Source of the DNA: Hallerella sp.
GTDB lineage: Bacteria; Bacillota_I; Bacilli_A; RFN20; CAG-826
Assembly: GCA_963648925.1 (NCBI GenBank)
Contig: CAVJFO010000036.1
Location: 1,681-65,680, forward strand
Length of the DNA: 64,000 nt
Direction of reading: 5' to 3'
The notes beneath the pieces were generated by a model. It searched no databases, was not told the DNA's origin, and was given only the letters and a program-made list of their open reading frames with translations. Below are positions 1 to 8,234 of the stretch, piece by piece (positions within the stretch are counted from its first letter, which is position 1; each line of letters begins with the position of its first letter). The position numbers and the translations under genes are program-made.

Positions 1-1067
1 TCGCCTTTTTCGATCCAGTGAAGCTTTCTAAAAAGCAAATCAAGCAAGAAGACGAGGATGATTGGTAATACAATGCAGAACACTATAACTTCAATTGCGA
101 GTATCCAATTGTAGTTATTAGCGGCTAGAACATTTAATGGACCAACCAAGCCTGAAGTTCCCATACCGCCTGCAACAGATAATGAAGAAATACTGTTATT
201 TTCCGTGTAATAGGCAACATCTTGAATTGGCATAACCATTGCTAAGGGGCCAAGTAAAGCCGAGGCAATAATTGTTGGAAGCCAAACAAGTGGTTTTCTA
301 ACGATGTTTTTAAATTGGAGCATGGACGTGCCAATTCCAACGGCAATAACTGAGCCCCATTTGTTGTCCCTTGCTGTATGAACGGCAAAGCCAACCATTT
401 GGGTGCAGCAGCCAATTAAGGCCGCATATGCCGCTAAAGGAGTTCCACCGATTTTAATCGCAACGCAAATTGCAACAGAGGATATTGGTGCGGTTAAAGC
501 CATGCCAACAAGAACCGAAATGATGATGCACATCAAGAACGGCACGACATTGAATGATTTTTCAATTACCCAGCCAAGCCCAACGGTGATGTAATGAATG
601 TAGTTAGCAAGTAAGAATGAATATAAAAGAGAGAAGATAAGGCCAACTAATGGCAACAAGATGATATCCACCGGGGTTTTCTTTCTCATGATATATTTGA
701 TGGCAAGTAGGCAAAGTATTGAACTTATATAGCAAGAAAGAGGATCACCAATCGAGCTGACTTTCATATCAGTAAAAGAGAAAGCGTAGTTTCCAATCAT
801 TCCTGCCGTCATTGAGGCAACGACAATAACGCCATTCTTTTTTAAAGAAAGGGCAACGCCTAAACCAATTCCTGCACCCATTAATCCTTTAATGACTGTT
901 GTCCAAGTGGATAATTCACTCATTCCAGGAATTTTGGCGAATAAATCAAGAATAGTCCCGATAATCAACGTTCCGAAAAGACCGATAGCCATGCCATTGG
1001 TCGTCGTCATCAATTTTTCTTTAACCTCTTTCCAAAATGAGAGTTTCTTTTCTAATGTTTCTTCCAT
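1..1067 (-). CDS. PTS EIIC-like (PTS_EIIC_2-type) polytopic membrane permease; C-terminal end runs off the window
   Basis: Absent from the ORF track because there is no stop in the window. My minus-strand translation from the ATG at 1067-1065 gives MEETLEKKLSFWKEVKEKLMTTTNGMAIGLFGTLIIGTILDLFAKIPG...VGMALTAPISSVAICVAIKIGG... The frame stays open for all 355 codons and has many hydrophobic spans. It starts 1 nt after the stop of the upstream gene, so the two form an operon. Confidence 0.5.
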   Translation of the reverse strand, partial: MEETLEKKLSFWKEVKEKLMTTTNGMAIGLFGTLIIGTILDLFAKIPGMSELSTWTTVIKGLMGAGIGLGVALSLKKNGVIVVASMTAGMIGNYAFSFTDMKVSSIGDPLSCYISSILCLLAIKYIMRKKTPVDIILLPLVGLIFSLLYSFLLANYIHYITVGLGWVIEKSFNVVPFLMCIIISVLVGMALTAPISSVAICVAIKIGGTPLAAYAALIGCCTQMVGFAVHTARDNKWGSVIAVGIGTSMLQFKNIVRKPLVWLPTIIASALLGPLAMVMPIQDVAYYTENNSISSLSVAGGMGTSGLVGPLNVLAANNYNWILAIEVIVFCIVLPIILVFLLDLLFRKLHWIEKG

Positions 1068-1068
1068 T

Positions 1069-1803
1069 TTATTTTTTCTCCTCGATGTATAACTCTGTTG
1101 GTTTTTGATTGAATCCTACATCTTCTTTGTATAGATGGGCATCATTTGCTAAGTGAAGGATTTTTGGGAATACATTTCCGTTTTCATCTGCTTTAAATTC
1201 AATCTCTGTGACATTCGTGTGTCCCATATCAAATCTCAAAGAAAAGAATGAATAAGGAATATCTAATAAAGAAGAAAGAAATGCTAATCCAAAGCCGTGA
1301 TGAGCAAATAAACATACATGGTCGTCGTTCTTTTGAATTTCTTTGTAATATCTTCCTTCTCTAATGTGAGAATAACCAAGACTTAGCATGAATTCATCAA
1401 CGGCCTTATCGGTGGTTTCAATGCCTTTTCTAATATTTATTTCATCGTATGCTGGAAGCTTGTAGAATTCGTAACCTGCTTGAATGCTTTCTTTAGAGTT
1501 AAATTCTTTCACCCATTTAGGATGCCAGAAAAGCCAAGTGGTTCTTCCTTCGCTTAGTTTTGCAGCATAATTCTCCCAAGTTTTATCTTCTCTTGCCCAA
1601 TCGCATAATGTTATTGGCAAACAGAAAGCTGTAGCAGTAGGTTTAGCAGTTTCTTTTGCTCTTCCCATGCTTGATGAGAAGATTTCGTTAACGCCTTTCT
1701 TCTTGAAATAAGGAACAAGAGCCTCCGCTTCCTTTTTCCCTAATTCGGTAAGGCAATCTTTTTCATAGTTTGGCTCGCCATGACGGATGTAATATAAAAT
1801 CAT
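1069..1803 (-). CDS. histidine phosphatase (phosphoglycerate mutase family) protein
   Basis: N-terminal MILYYIRHGEPNY carries the RHG catalytic motif. A later HHG motif (CLFAHHGFG) is present. A GGAGGAG Shine-Dalgarno lies upstream on the minus strand. Confidence 0.8.
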   Translation of the reverse strand: MILYYIRHGEPNYEKDCLTELGKKEAEALVPYFKKKGVNEIFSSSMGRAKETAKPTATAFCLPITLCDWAREDKTWENYAAKLSEGRTTWLFWHPKWVKEFNSKESIQAGYEFYKLPAYDEINIRKGIETTDKAVDEFMLSLGYSHIREGRYYKEIQKNDDHVCLFAHHGFGLAFLSSLLDIPYSFFSLRFDMGHTNVTEIEFKADENGNVFPKILHLANDAHLYKEDVGFNQKPTELYIEEKK

Positions 1804-1918
1804 CGATTCTCCTCCTATGGCCTTGAAAATTTTACATTTCTTTACGGCTGAATTTAAGAAGGAATTTAAATTTAAACGGTTTTCGGTGCTAGAATTAGAA
1901 AAAAGAGGTCATGCGTAT

Positions 1919-2422
1919 ATGAATTATTTGCAAGCAAGCCAATATTGGATTAAGAAAGATAAGGATGGTGTTAAGGTTGAAAAAGTAGACTTATTTAAAC
2001 TTATTGAGTCTTTTATCCTAAGCCATAACACGATGGCTTTAGCAACTGGATTTGGAAACGAGGTTAGATGCACTCCGCTTGAATATAACTATTATGATGG
2101 GTATTTCTATATCTTTTCTGAAGGAGGGATCAAATTCAAATACCTTGAGAAGAACAAGAACGTGTCTGGCGCGATATTTGAGCCGTATACCGGCTTTGGA
2201 AATATTCATTCCTTACAAATCCAAGGAAAAATAGAAGTAATAGAAGAAGATAATGAAGAATTTCTCCCTATTATCAAACGTAAAGGAATCAACCTTGACG
2301 CATTAAAGAAGATGAATGCTTCTTTCCATTTATTAAAACTTGTACCTTTTAGATACGACTTCCTTGAATCATCATTAAAAAAAGACGGTTATTCAAACCG
2401 TCAAGAATATATATTTGATTAA
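1919..2422 (+). CDS. pyridoxamine 5'-phosphate oxidase-like FMN-binding family protein
   Basis: ORF 1817-2422. The first ATG overlaps the SD of the divergent gene, so I start at M35 (ATG 1919, AGAGG 10 nt upstream). The pattern HNTMALATG...RCTPLEY.YYDGYFYIFSEGG matches the PNPOx-like split-barrel fold. Confidence 0.55.
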   Translation: MNYLQASQYWIKKDKDGVKVEKVDLFKLIESFILSHNTMALATGFGNEVRCTPLEYNYYDGYFYIFSEGGIKFKYLEKNKNVSGAIFEPYTGFGNIHSLQIQGKIEVIEEDNEEFLPIIKRKGINLDALKKMNASFHLLKLVPFRYDFLESSLKKDGYSNRQEYIFD

Positions 2423-4149
2423 GGGTGCAAGGTGATATTGCTTTCTTCGTTCTTTGGAAGAAGATCTCCACAAGAACGTTCGGAGATGAAGTTAAGGTGG
2501 TCTCCGCATCTTTCAAGGTTACCAACTAAATTAATGAAGATGTTGGAGTTTTGAGGTTTGCATTCGCCAACCTCAAGTCTTTTTAAATGGCCTTTGACCA
2601 TTTCAGTACGCATATTATCGATTCCATCTTCCATCTTTCTAGCCGCATATAAGTCATCCAATGAAGGTTTGTCGACAATCTTATCTACCTTGTTAAACAT
2701 TTCGACAATCTTGCTTTCCATGTTTTTTAAATCTTTGAAGACGATATCAGAGAAGGTAAGTTCATCATTTACTTCGTGATTCGTATATCCGGTTATATTA
2801 TCGGCTACTTCCGTAAAACGGACGATATCGGCAATATCTAGTTGCATTCTAGAAATTCTCTTTTGAGATTCTTCAGAAACCCCATTCGCGGATATTTGAA
2901 CGATAAATTGATTTAACTCTTTCGACATTCTTAAGACTTTGTTTTCGAGCTCGTCTATTTGCTCTTTCTTTTGGGTATCTTTAGCAATAAACGCTTCTAA
3001 AGCCATAATAAGGTCATCAAGAGCGAGTTTAGCAAGAATGTGATAATAAGAAACGGCTTGTGTTAAAGCAAGTTCAGGCGTTGCAAGGAATCTTTGATCG
3101 AGTAAGTCTTCTTCTGGGCTCCCTTTTTTCTCTGGAATGATTTTCGTGGCTAAGAAAACAAGGAATCTCGTTAATGGCAAGAAAAGAACGGTAACAACAA
3201 CGTTAAAGAAGGTGTGGAACATCGCAATTTGCGTTGCAGGGGAGGAAGGGAACCATTTAGCAAGAGTCATCTCCATTGCATTTGGCCAACAAACAAGAAT
3301 GATGAAGAATATCAATGAGCCAAAGACATTGAAAAGAAGATGGATGATAGCGGTTCTTTTGCCATTAGTCGTTGAACCGATTGCGGAAAGCAAGGCAGTC
3401 GCGCATGAGCCAATATTCGAGCCAAGAATAAGATAAAGGACTCCGTTGCCGCTTCCACCAACAACCGCACCTGCCATAGCAAGAGCCAAAACGATAGAAG
3501 TGATGGCGGAAGAAGATTGAGCCAAAGCGGTTAAAACAATACCTATTACTAATAATAAGAATGGATTGGTCAAAGATACCAAGGCGTTTTGAATTGCAGA
3601 ATTGCTTAGAAGAACGCTTTGCATATTGTTTGTCATCGTCTCTAAACCTAAGAATAGCAAGCCTAAGCCCGTGATCATATCGCCAACAAAAGCGGCTTTC
3701 GGCCATTTTTTATGCGTGACCATTTTTAAAATTACGCCAACAAGGGTCAAAGAAATAAGAATTTCAGTAAGCGGGAATGATGAGGAGGATAGTCCGCCTA
3801 AGGCGACAATTTGAGCAGTGATAGTTGTACCAATGTTTGCGCCCATAATATATGTGGCGGCTTGGGTCAAGCTCATAACGCCAGCGTTAACAAATCCGAC
3901 GACCATGATTGTCGTTGCTCCACTTGATTGCATAATCATCGTGGCTAAAGTTCCAATACCAACTCCAGCTAGCTTTGAATTAGCGGTTTTCTTAAAAAGT
4001 TTTTTTAAGCCTCCAGTCGCAAGTTTTTCTGTTGCTCCTTGAAGCATATTCATCCCGACAAAAAGGGCGCCTAGCCCACCAATCATCAACAATATTTCAA
4101 TTACCATGTTATTACTTTGGGTGCTTTCGAGTATTATGTTACTAAACAT
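2419..4149 (-). CDS. Na+/phosphate cotransporter family protein with C-terminal PhoU-like domain
   Basis: 576 aa. Duplicated Na/Pi motifs (GANIGTTITAQ and GSNIGSCATAL) sit in a polytopic N-terminal half, followed by a helical soluble C-terminal half. AGGAAAG SD upstream. Confidence 0.85.
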   Translation of the reverse strand: MFSNIILESTQSNNMVIEILLMIGGLGALFVGMNMLQGATEKLATGGLKKLFKKTANSKLAGVGIGTLATMIMQSSGATTIMVVGFVNAGVMSLTQAATYIMGANIGTTITAQIVALGGLSSSSFPLTEILISLTLVGVILKMVTHKKWPKAAFVGDMITGLGLLFLGLETMTNNMQSVLLSNSAIQNALVSLTNPFLLLVIGIVLTALAQSSSAITSIVLALAMAGAVVGGSGNGVLYLILGSNIGSCATALLSAIGSTTNGKRTAIIHLLFNVFGSLIFFIILVCWPNAMEMTLAKWFPSSPATQIAMFHTFFNVVVTVLFLPLTRFLVFLATKIIPEKKGSPEEDLLDQRFLATPELALTQAVSYYHILAKLALDDLIMALEAFIAKDTQKKEQIDELENKVLRMSKELNQFIVQISANGVSEESQKRISRMQLDIADIVRFTEVADNITGYTNHEVNDELTFSDIVFKDLKNMESKIVEMFNKVDKIVDKPSLDDLYAARKMEDGIDNMRTEMVKGHLKRLEVGECKPQNSNIFINLVGNLERCGDHLNFISERSCGDLLPKNEESNITLHP

Positions 4150-4297
4150 TTACTTTCCTATTACCTATCTTTTACATAATACAAGATTAGAGAATTCTTT
4201 GCTAGACACTAAAAGAAAACTCAACCTTTTTTAAATCGCTTAAGGCTCCATTAAGGTTCGCTTTTTATCTTTAATGTGTCCAAAGGAGACAATTGAT

Positions 4298-5578
4298 ATG
4301 AAAAAGACTAAATTATTGATTCCGACACTAAGTTTAATGCTTCTTTGCGCCTCATGTTCAAATACTAGCGGAAGTAGCAACGAAGCAAGCTCTTCAAATT
4401 CATCAAACGGAAACGAAGAAACATCTTCAGTTTCATCTACTAACGACACTTCAAATAAGGTTTACGATACTTCAGGAAAGGAAATTACAAGCGGATCTGC
4501 TACGGTATCTTTCGTATATGGCAGACAAACAACAAACAAAACCATCTCTGCCGCATATTTAATTGATGGAGTCACGGTAAATATCACTTCAGGTGAATAT
4601 GCAAGTGCTTCCTCTTCCTCTGATCAAGTTGTTTTCTTAGTCATAAACGGAGGGAAACTCAATATTACAGGAACAAGTTCTTCCTATGTCAACATTAGCA
4701 AATCTGGTAGCGCGGCAAGCAATGGCCAAGTGTCTGATGATTATAATTTCTACGGCATAAATTCAGGCATAGTGGTTTCCGGGTCTTCCTCAACTGCAAC
4801 GATTGAATATGCAAATATTCTTACTTCAAGTAATGGCTCTAATGCCATAGTGGCAACCAATGACGCTAACGTTACGATTTCTTCCTCAACAATCAATACA
4901 ACAGGATCAGCCGGTTCAAGAGGGCTACATACCACATATGGCGGAAATATAATTGCAGACGGGGTATCAATAACAACAAAAGGTGCTTCATGTGCGGCAT
5001 TAGCAAATGATAGAGGTGGTGGATCTATTATTGCTAGCAACATGGAACTTGAAACGAATTCCAATGGCTCGCCTTTGGTGTATTCTACAGACTCAATCAC
5101 CGTTTCATCATCTTCTGGAAGCGCAAATAAAGCTCAAATGGTCGTAGTTGAAGGAGGATCAAGCGCTACATTAACTGATTGCACTTTCTCTTGCTCAGGG
5201 GATGGAAATAGAAGTGGAACAAGTGATTCCTCGTCTTCGACTCATGTAATTGACCGTGGAGGAATATTCATTTATCAATCTTTTTCTGGCGATTCAAGCG
5301 AAGGAACGGATTATTTTTCAGCAACAAATTGTTCTTTTACGGTAACGACAAGTTCTGTTCCAATGTTCTATCTTACTAATATTACCGCGGTAGTAACTTT
5401 AAGCGAAAATACCTTCAATCAGGCATCATCATCCGATTACCTTCTTATGGCTGAAGCAACCAATCAATGGGGCAATTCCGGTTCTAATGGCGCAAGCGTT
5501 ACAGTTAAGCTTTCAAATCAAGACTGGGATGAAAGCAAAACCTATTGTGGATCCACATCAAGCATCACATATAAGTAA
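4298..5578 (+). CDS. surface lipoprotein, Ser/Thr/Gly-rich, probable right-handed beta-helix (Cthe_2159-like carbohydrate-binding family, tentative)
   Basis: Start moved to MKKTKLLIPTLSLMLLCASC (AAAGGAGA SD 8 nt upstream). Signal peptide plus lipobox. Periodic segments such as ..GG.LNITG.., ..NAIVATNDANVTISSS.., ..DRGGGSIIASN.., ..SPLVYSTDSITV.. are typical of parallel beta-helix proteins. Confidence 0.6.
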   Translation: MKKTKLLIPTLSLMLLCASCSNTSGSSNEASSSNSSNGNEETSSVSSTNDTSNKVYDTSGKEITSGSATVSFVYGRQTTNKTISAAYLIDGVTVNITSGEYASASSSSDQVVFLVINGGKLNITGTSSSYVNISKSGSAASNGQVSDDYNFYGINSGIVVSGSSSTATIEYANILTSSNGSNAIVATNDANVTISSSTINTTGSAGSRGLHTTYGGNIIADGVSITTKGASCAALANDRGGGSIIASNMELETNSNGSPLVYSTDSITVSSSSGSANKAQMVVVEGGSSATLTDCTFSCSGDGNRSGTSDSSSSTHVIDRGGIFIYQSFSGDSSEGTDYFSATNCSFTVTTSSVPMFYLTNITAVVTLSENTFNQASSSDYLLMAEATNQWGNSGSNGASVTVKLSNQDWDESKTYCGSTSSITYK

Positions 5579-5605
5579 GAAATAAAAGTTTATTTCACTA
5601 TTAAA

Positions 5606-5632
5606 GGCGCAGAAAAAACCTGCGTCTTTTTT
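5606..5632 (+). terminator. rho-independent terminator of the lipoprotein gene
   Basis: ggcgcag-aaaaaac-ctgcgtc stem-loop followed by tttttt. Confidence 0.75.
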
Positions 5633-5722
5633 CGTCACTGTACACTGTATAAGAAATATATTTTTTTTGTTTGAATAACGCACTAACGTCCTTACAATTT
5701 TATATGTAGGTTGGCGCATTAA

Positions 5723-5947
5723 TGGAAAACCATCAAAGCAGTCCATTTCGCCAACGAAATCGATAGAAAACATTACAAAAGCGTCATTGACTACAATGGG
5801 TCGACTTACAATATGACCCCAGGGACGGAAGGCTAGTAGTCGTGACAAAAGATGGATATGTAGTAACGTACCATCATACTGGAAATCAATTTTGGTATTA
5901 TTCAAAGAAAGGGGTTAAAACATGGATAAGAATTCAAAGCAAATAAA
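5723..5947 (+). pseudogene. decayed, frameshifted remnant of a small protein gene (possible toxin-like C-terminal domain)
   Basis: No start codon. One frame (5723-5833) reads WKTIKAVHFANEIDRKHYKSVIDYNGSTYNMTPGTEG*. A second frame (5818-5947) reads PRDGRLVVVTKDGYVVTYHHTGNQFWYYSKKGVKTWIRIQSK*. The two halves look protein-like but are separated by a frameshift. Confidence 0.35.
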
Positions 5948-6431
5948 GCCGATGCTCTGCCCGGTTTGCAATAGATTTCATTTCACGAAACTCAGTGATG
6001 ACGAGATAGAGCAACTTGGCATGACGCCAAACACCACCCAGTGCCGGATGTGCGGGTGGTTCTACGACCTAGAGCAGCTCAAAGACCCTGATCTGTCCCA
6101 CCAATCCAACGAGATGTCGCTGAACCAGTACAAAGCCTGGTACGAGCAAAAAATCAAGGAGAGCCCCAAATGGGAGTACTATCTGGATTTCATTGGGGAC
6201 CCCGAGCCCCACAAATGCCCCGTTTGCGGAGAGTATGAGTTCAAAGATTTGCTTTGTTCTGATATTTGCCCGATCTGTGGATGGGAGGACACCGGCTTTG
6301 AAGATGAACCGGATGAAAAGCCCGGACCATACATGATGTCCTTGAACGAGCATAAGAAATGGTTCGCAAAGCAAAGAGAATCTGACCCCAGTTACGTATG
6401 GTATTCAGAGTCTGAAGAAATAGATAAATAG
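5922..6431 (+). CDS. cysteine-rich CPCC-family protein with two tandem zinc-ribbon-like modules
   Basis: Module 1 is CPVCNRFHF...CRMCGWFYD...SLNQYKAWY. Module 2 is CPVCGEYEF...CPICGWEDTGFEDEPDEKPGP..MSLNEHKKWF. This CP.C...CP.CGWED...SL motif layout is that of the CPCC cysteine-rich family. G+C and codon choice are visibly atypical for the window. Confidence 0.65.
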   Translation: MDKNSKQIKPMLCPVCNRFHFTKLSDDEIEQLGMTPNTTQCRMCGWFYDLEQLKDPDLSHQSNEMSLNQYKAWYEQKIKESPKWEYYLDFIGDPEPHKCPVCGEYEFKDLLCSDICPICGWEDTGFEDEPDEKPGPYMMSLNEHKKWFAKQRESDPSYVWYSESEEIDK

Positions 6432-6655
6432 TAGCAAGCGTCCAATAAAGAATATTTATGAGCAAATTTAGACATTAGCCATGCCTGTTTCACCTAGCTT
6501 AACTTCTAAAATTTCTTTGTAAATATTTTCCATATCATTAGGTTCAATTGTTTTTGCTAATACTTGTTTCAAAAAGGCATCACTAGTTCTATTGATTGCC
6601 GCTATTACAAAATATTTACTTGATTTAGTTCGGCTACTTAACTAACATTCATTTC

Positions 6656-7411
6656 ATGAGTAAAGAAAGACAATTATTAATAAAAATCATTTATGCGGCT
6701 ATTTTTATTGCCCTTTGTTTCGGAGGAACCTTCATTTCAATCCCTCTTGGCACTAGCAAAATCCATTTAGGAAATCTATTTTGTGTTTTAGCGGGCTTAT
6801 TATGCGGACCTCTTATTGGAGGAGTGGCGGGTTCTTTAGGCATGGGTTTTTGCGATTTGGCTTTAGGGTATGGCTGGAATACGTATCTAAGAACCTTCAT
6901 CATCAAATTCCTTTTTGGATTTGTTGTTGGCCTTCTTTTTAGAATCTGTCTTAAGAAGAAATGGAACGGAACTCTATTGCTTGGCATAGCAACAGGCGTA
7001 GGCTTCCTAGCCTTTGACTGGATTTTATATGGCTATCTTACAAATGGATCGGGCTATTCTTTAACGGCGTTAATTGCTTCAGCGATTCTTGCATCTATTA
7101 TTCTTGTCGCTCTTATCGCTTCTTTTTGGATGCCTCTTTCAACTAAATGTCTTCTTTTTGCCTTAATATGCGGCTTATTGGTAAACGTTGTTGGTGAATT
7201 CTTTTTACGTATACTTTTCTCTATTTGTTTAGGCACGACTTTTGAAGCGGCATTCATCACATCCGTTAGCAAACTTCCTGCGGCCTTATTCACATCAATA
7301 GTTACGATAATTCTCGCTCTTCTTTTCTTCTATCCTGTTTATTTTGCAACACGAAAGCTTAATGAAACTAACGATTTGAATGATTATATTCTTACCAACA
7401 AGGGGAAATAG
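6656..7411 (+). CDS. ECF-transporter S-component-like membrane protein (substrate unknown)
   Basis: 251 aa, about 6 TM. The N-terminus IYAAIFIALCFGGTFISIPLGTSKIHLGNLFCVLAGLLCGPLIGG resembles ECF S components. No riboswitch-like element recognised upstream. Confidence 0.5.
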   Translation: MSKERQLLIKIIYAAIFIALCFGGTFISIPLGTSKIHLGNLFCVLAGLLCGPLIGGVAGSLGMGFCDLALGYGWNTYLRTFIIKFLFGFVVGLLFRICLKKKWNGTLLLGIATGVGFLAFDWILYGYLTNGSGYSLTALIASAILASIILVALIASFWMPLSTKCLLFALICGLLVNVVGEFFLRILFSICLGTTFEAAFITSVSKLPAALFTSIVTIILALLFFYPVYFATRKLNETNDLNDYILTNKGK

Positions 7412-7428
7412 GACTATCATTCTTTAGT

Positions 7429-8139
7429 ATGAAGATTGATAAAAACAAATATGTCCACCAAGCCCATCATGATGGCAAAAAACATCCGATAAAAAACTAT
7501 AACTTCCTTGGATTCACTATTTTTGATTTATTTCATATCGTTTTTGGTGTTGCATTGATAATTATGTATACCATTCAAAAAGGTTCGGCGACAAAAGATG
7601 AAATACTCGACTTAAATCAAGCGATATCTTATGAATGCATCCAATTGATATTCGCCATTCTTTTATTTACTTTTGTTGATGGAATCGCGGATATTTCCCG
7701 TAAAAGAGAACTTATTGGTATTCAAGGACTATCAACCCTTTATCTTTTTGCCTGGGTTGTTGTTGCTGGAGCCATGCTTACCCCAGAATTAATTGTCTTG
7801 CCAGAAAAGATCCATTCAGAAATTAACACCTGCAATATTTTCTATTTCTTGGAACTTTCATGTCTTGTGTTAGCTATTTTCACTTTTGCAATAACCGTTT
7901 TCTTCCCAAAGGAGAAGGTGATCTGGGAAATCTTAATGCTGACCGGGATCTCTTTTATCGCCTTAAGCGTTCCTTTTGGAATAACTCAGTATTACCTTCC
8001 TTTTGAAGGACATATCTCAATTCTTGAAACATTTTCAAACCTTGCTGCTTTATTACCTGTTATTTGTTGTTTTGCATCTCTTAAAGACGTTAACAAAGCA
8101 ATCAAAGAAGAAAAACTTCTTGAAGAAGAGCAAAACTAA
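7429..8139 (+). CDS. hypothetical polytopic membrane protein
   Basis: 236-aa ORF with about 6 hydrophobic spans and an acidic/lysine C-terminal tail. No family recognised. Confidence 0.55.
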   Translation: MKIDKNKYVHQAHHDGKKHPIKNYNFLGFTIFDLFHIVFGVALIIMYTIQKGSATKDEILDLNQAISYECIQLIFAILLFTFVDGIADISRKRELIGIQGLSTLYLFAWVVVAGAMLTPELIVLPEKIHSEINTCNIFYFLELSCLVLAIFTFAITVFFPKEKVIWEILMLTGISFIALSVPFGITQYYLPFEGHISILETFSNLAALLPVICCFASLKDVNKAIKEEKLLEEEQN

Positions 8140-8234
8140 GGGATACGTGTATTTAAATATTTATATTTACCTTTAATTAACGTGTGTTGCAAATTATAAT
8201 TACCCTTGTATAAATTAAAGGAATTTTTGCATAC

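Noticed and set aside
403-1092. Plus-strand ORFs 403-594 and 892-1092
   Set aside because: They lie antisense to the continuous 355-codon EIIC-like membrane protein frame. These are shadow ORFs with odd composition.
5558-5905. Minus-strand 115-aa ORF
   Set aside because: It spans the lipoprotein terminator and the decayed plus-strand fragments. It has no SD and an implausible sequence, and is best explained as a shadow of the pseudogene region.
6432-6655. Riboswitch upstream of the ECF S-component gene
   Set aside because: I found no THI-box, FMN, preQ1 or cobalamin-like conserved cores. The space is instead occupied by a minus-strand startless gene fragment.
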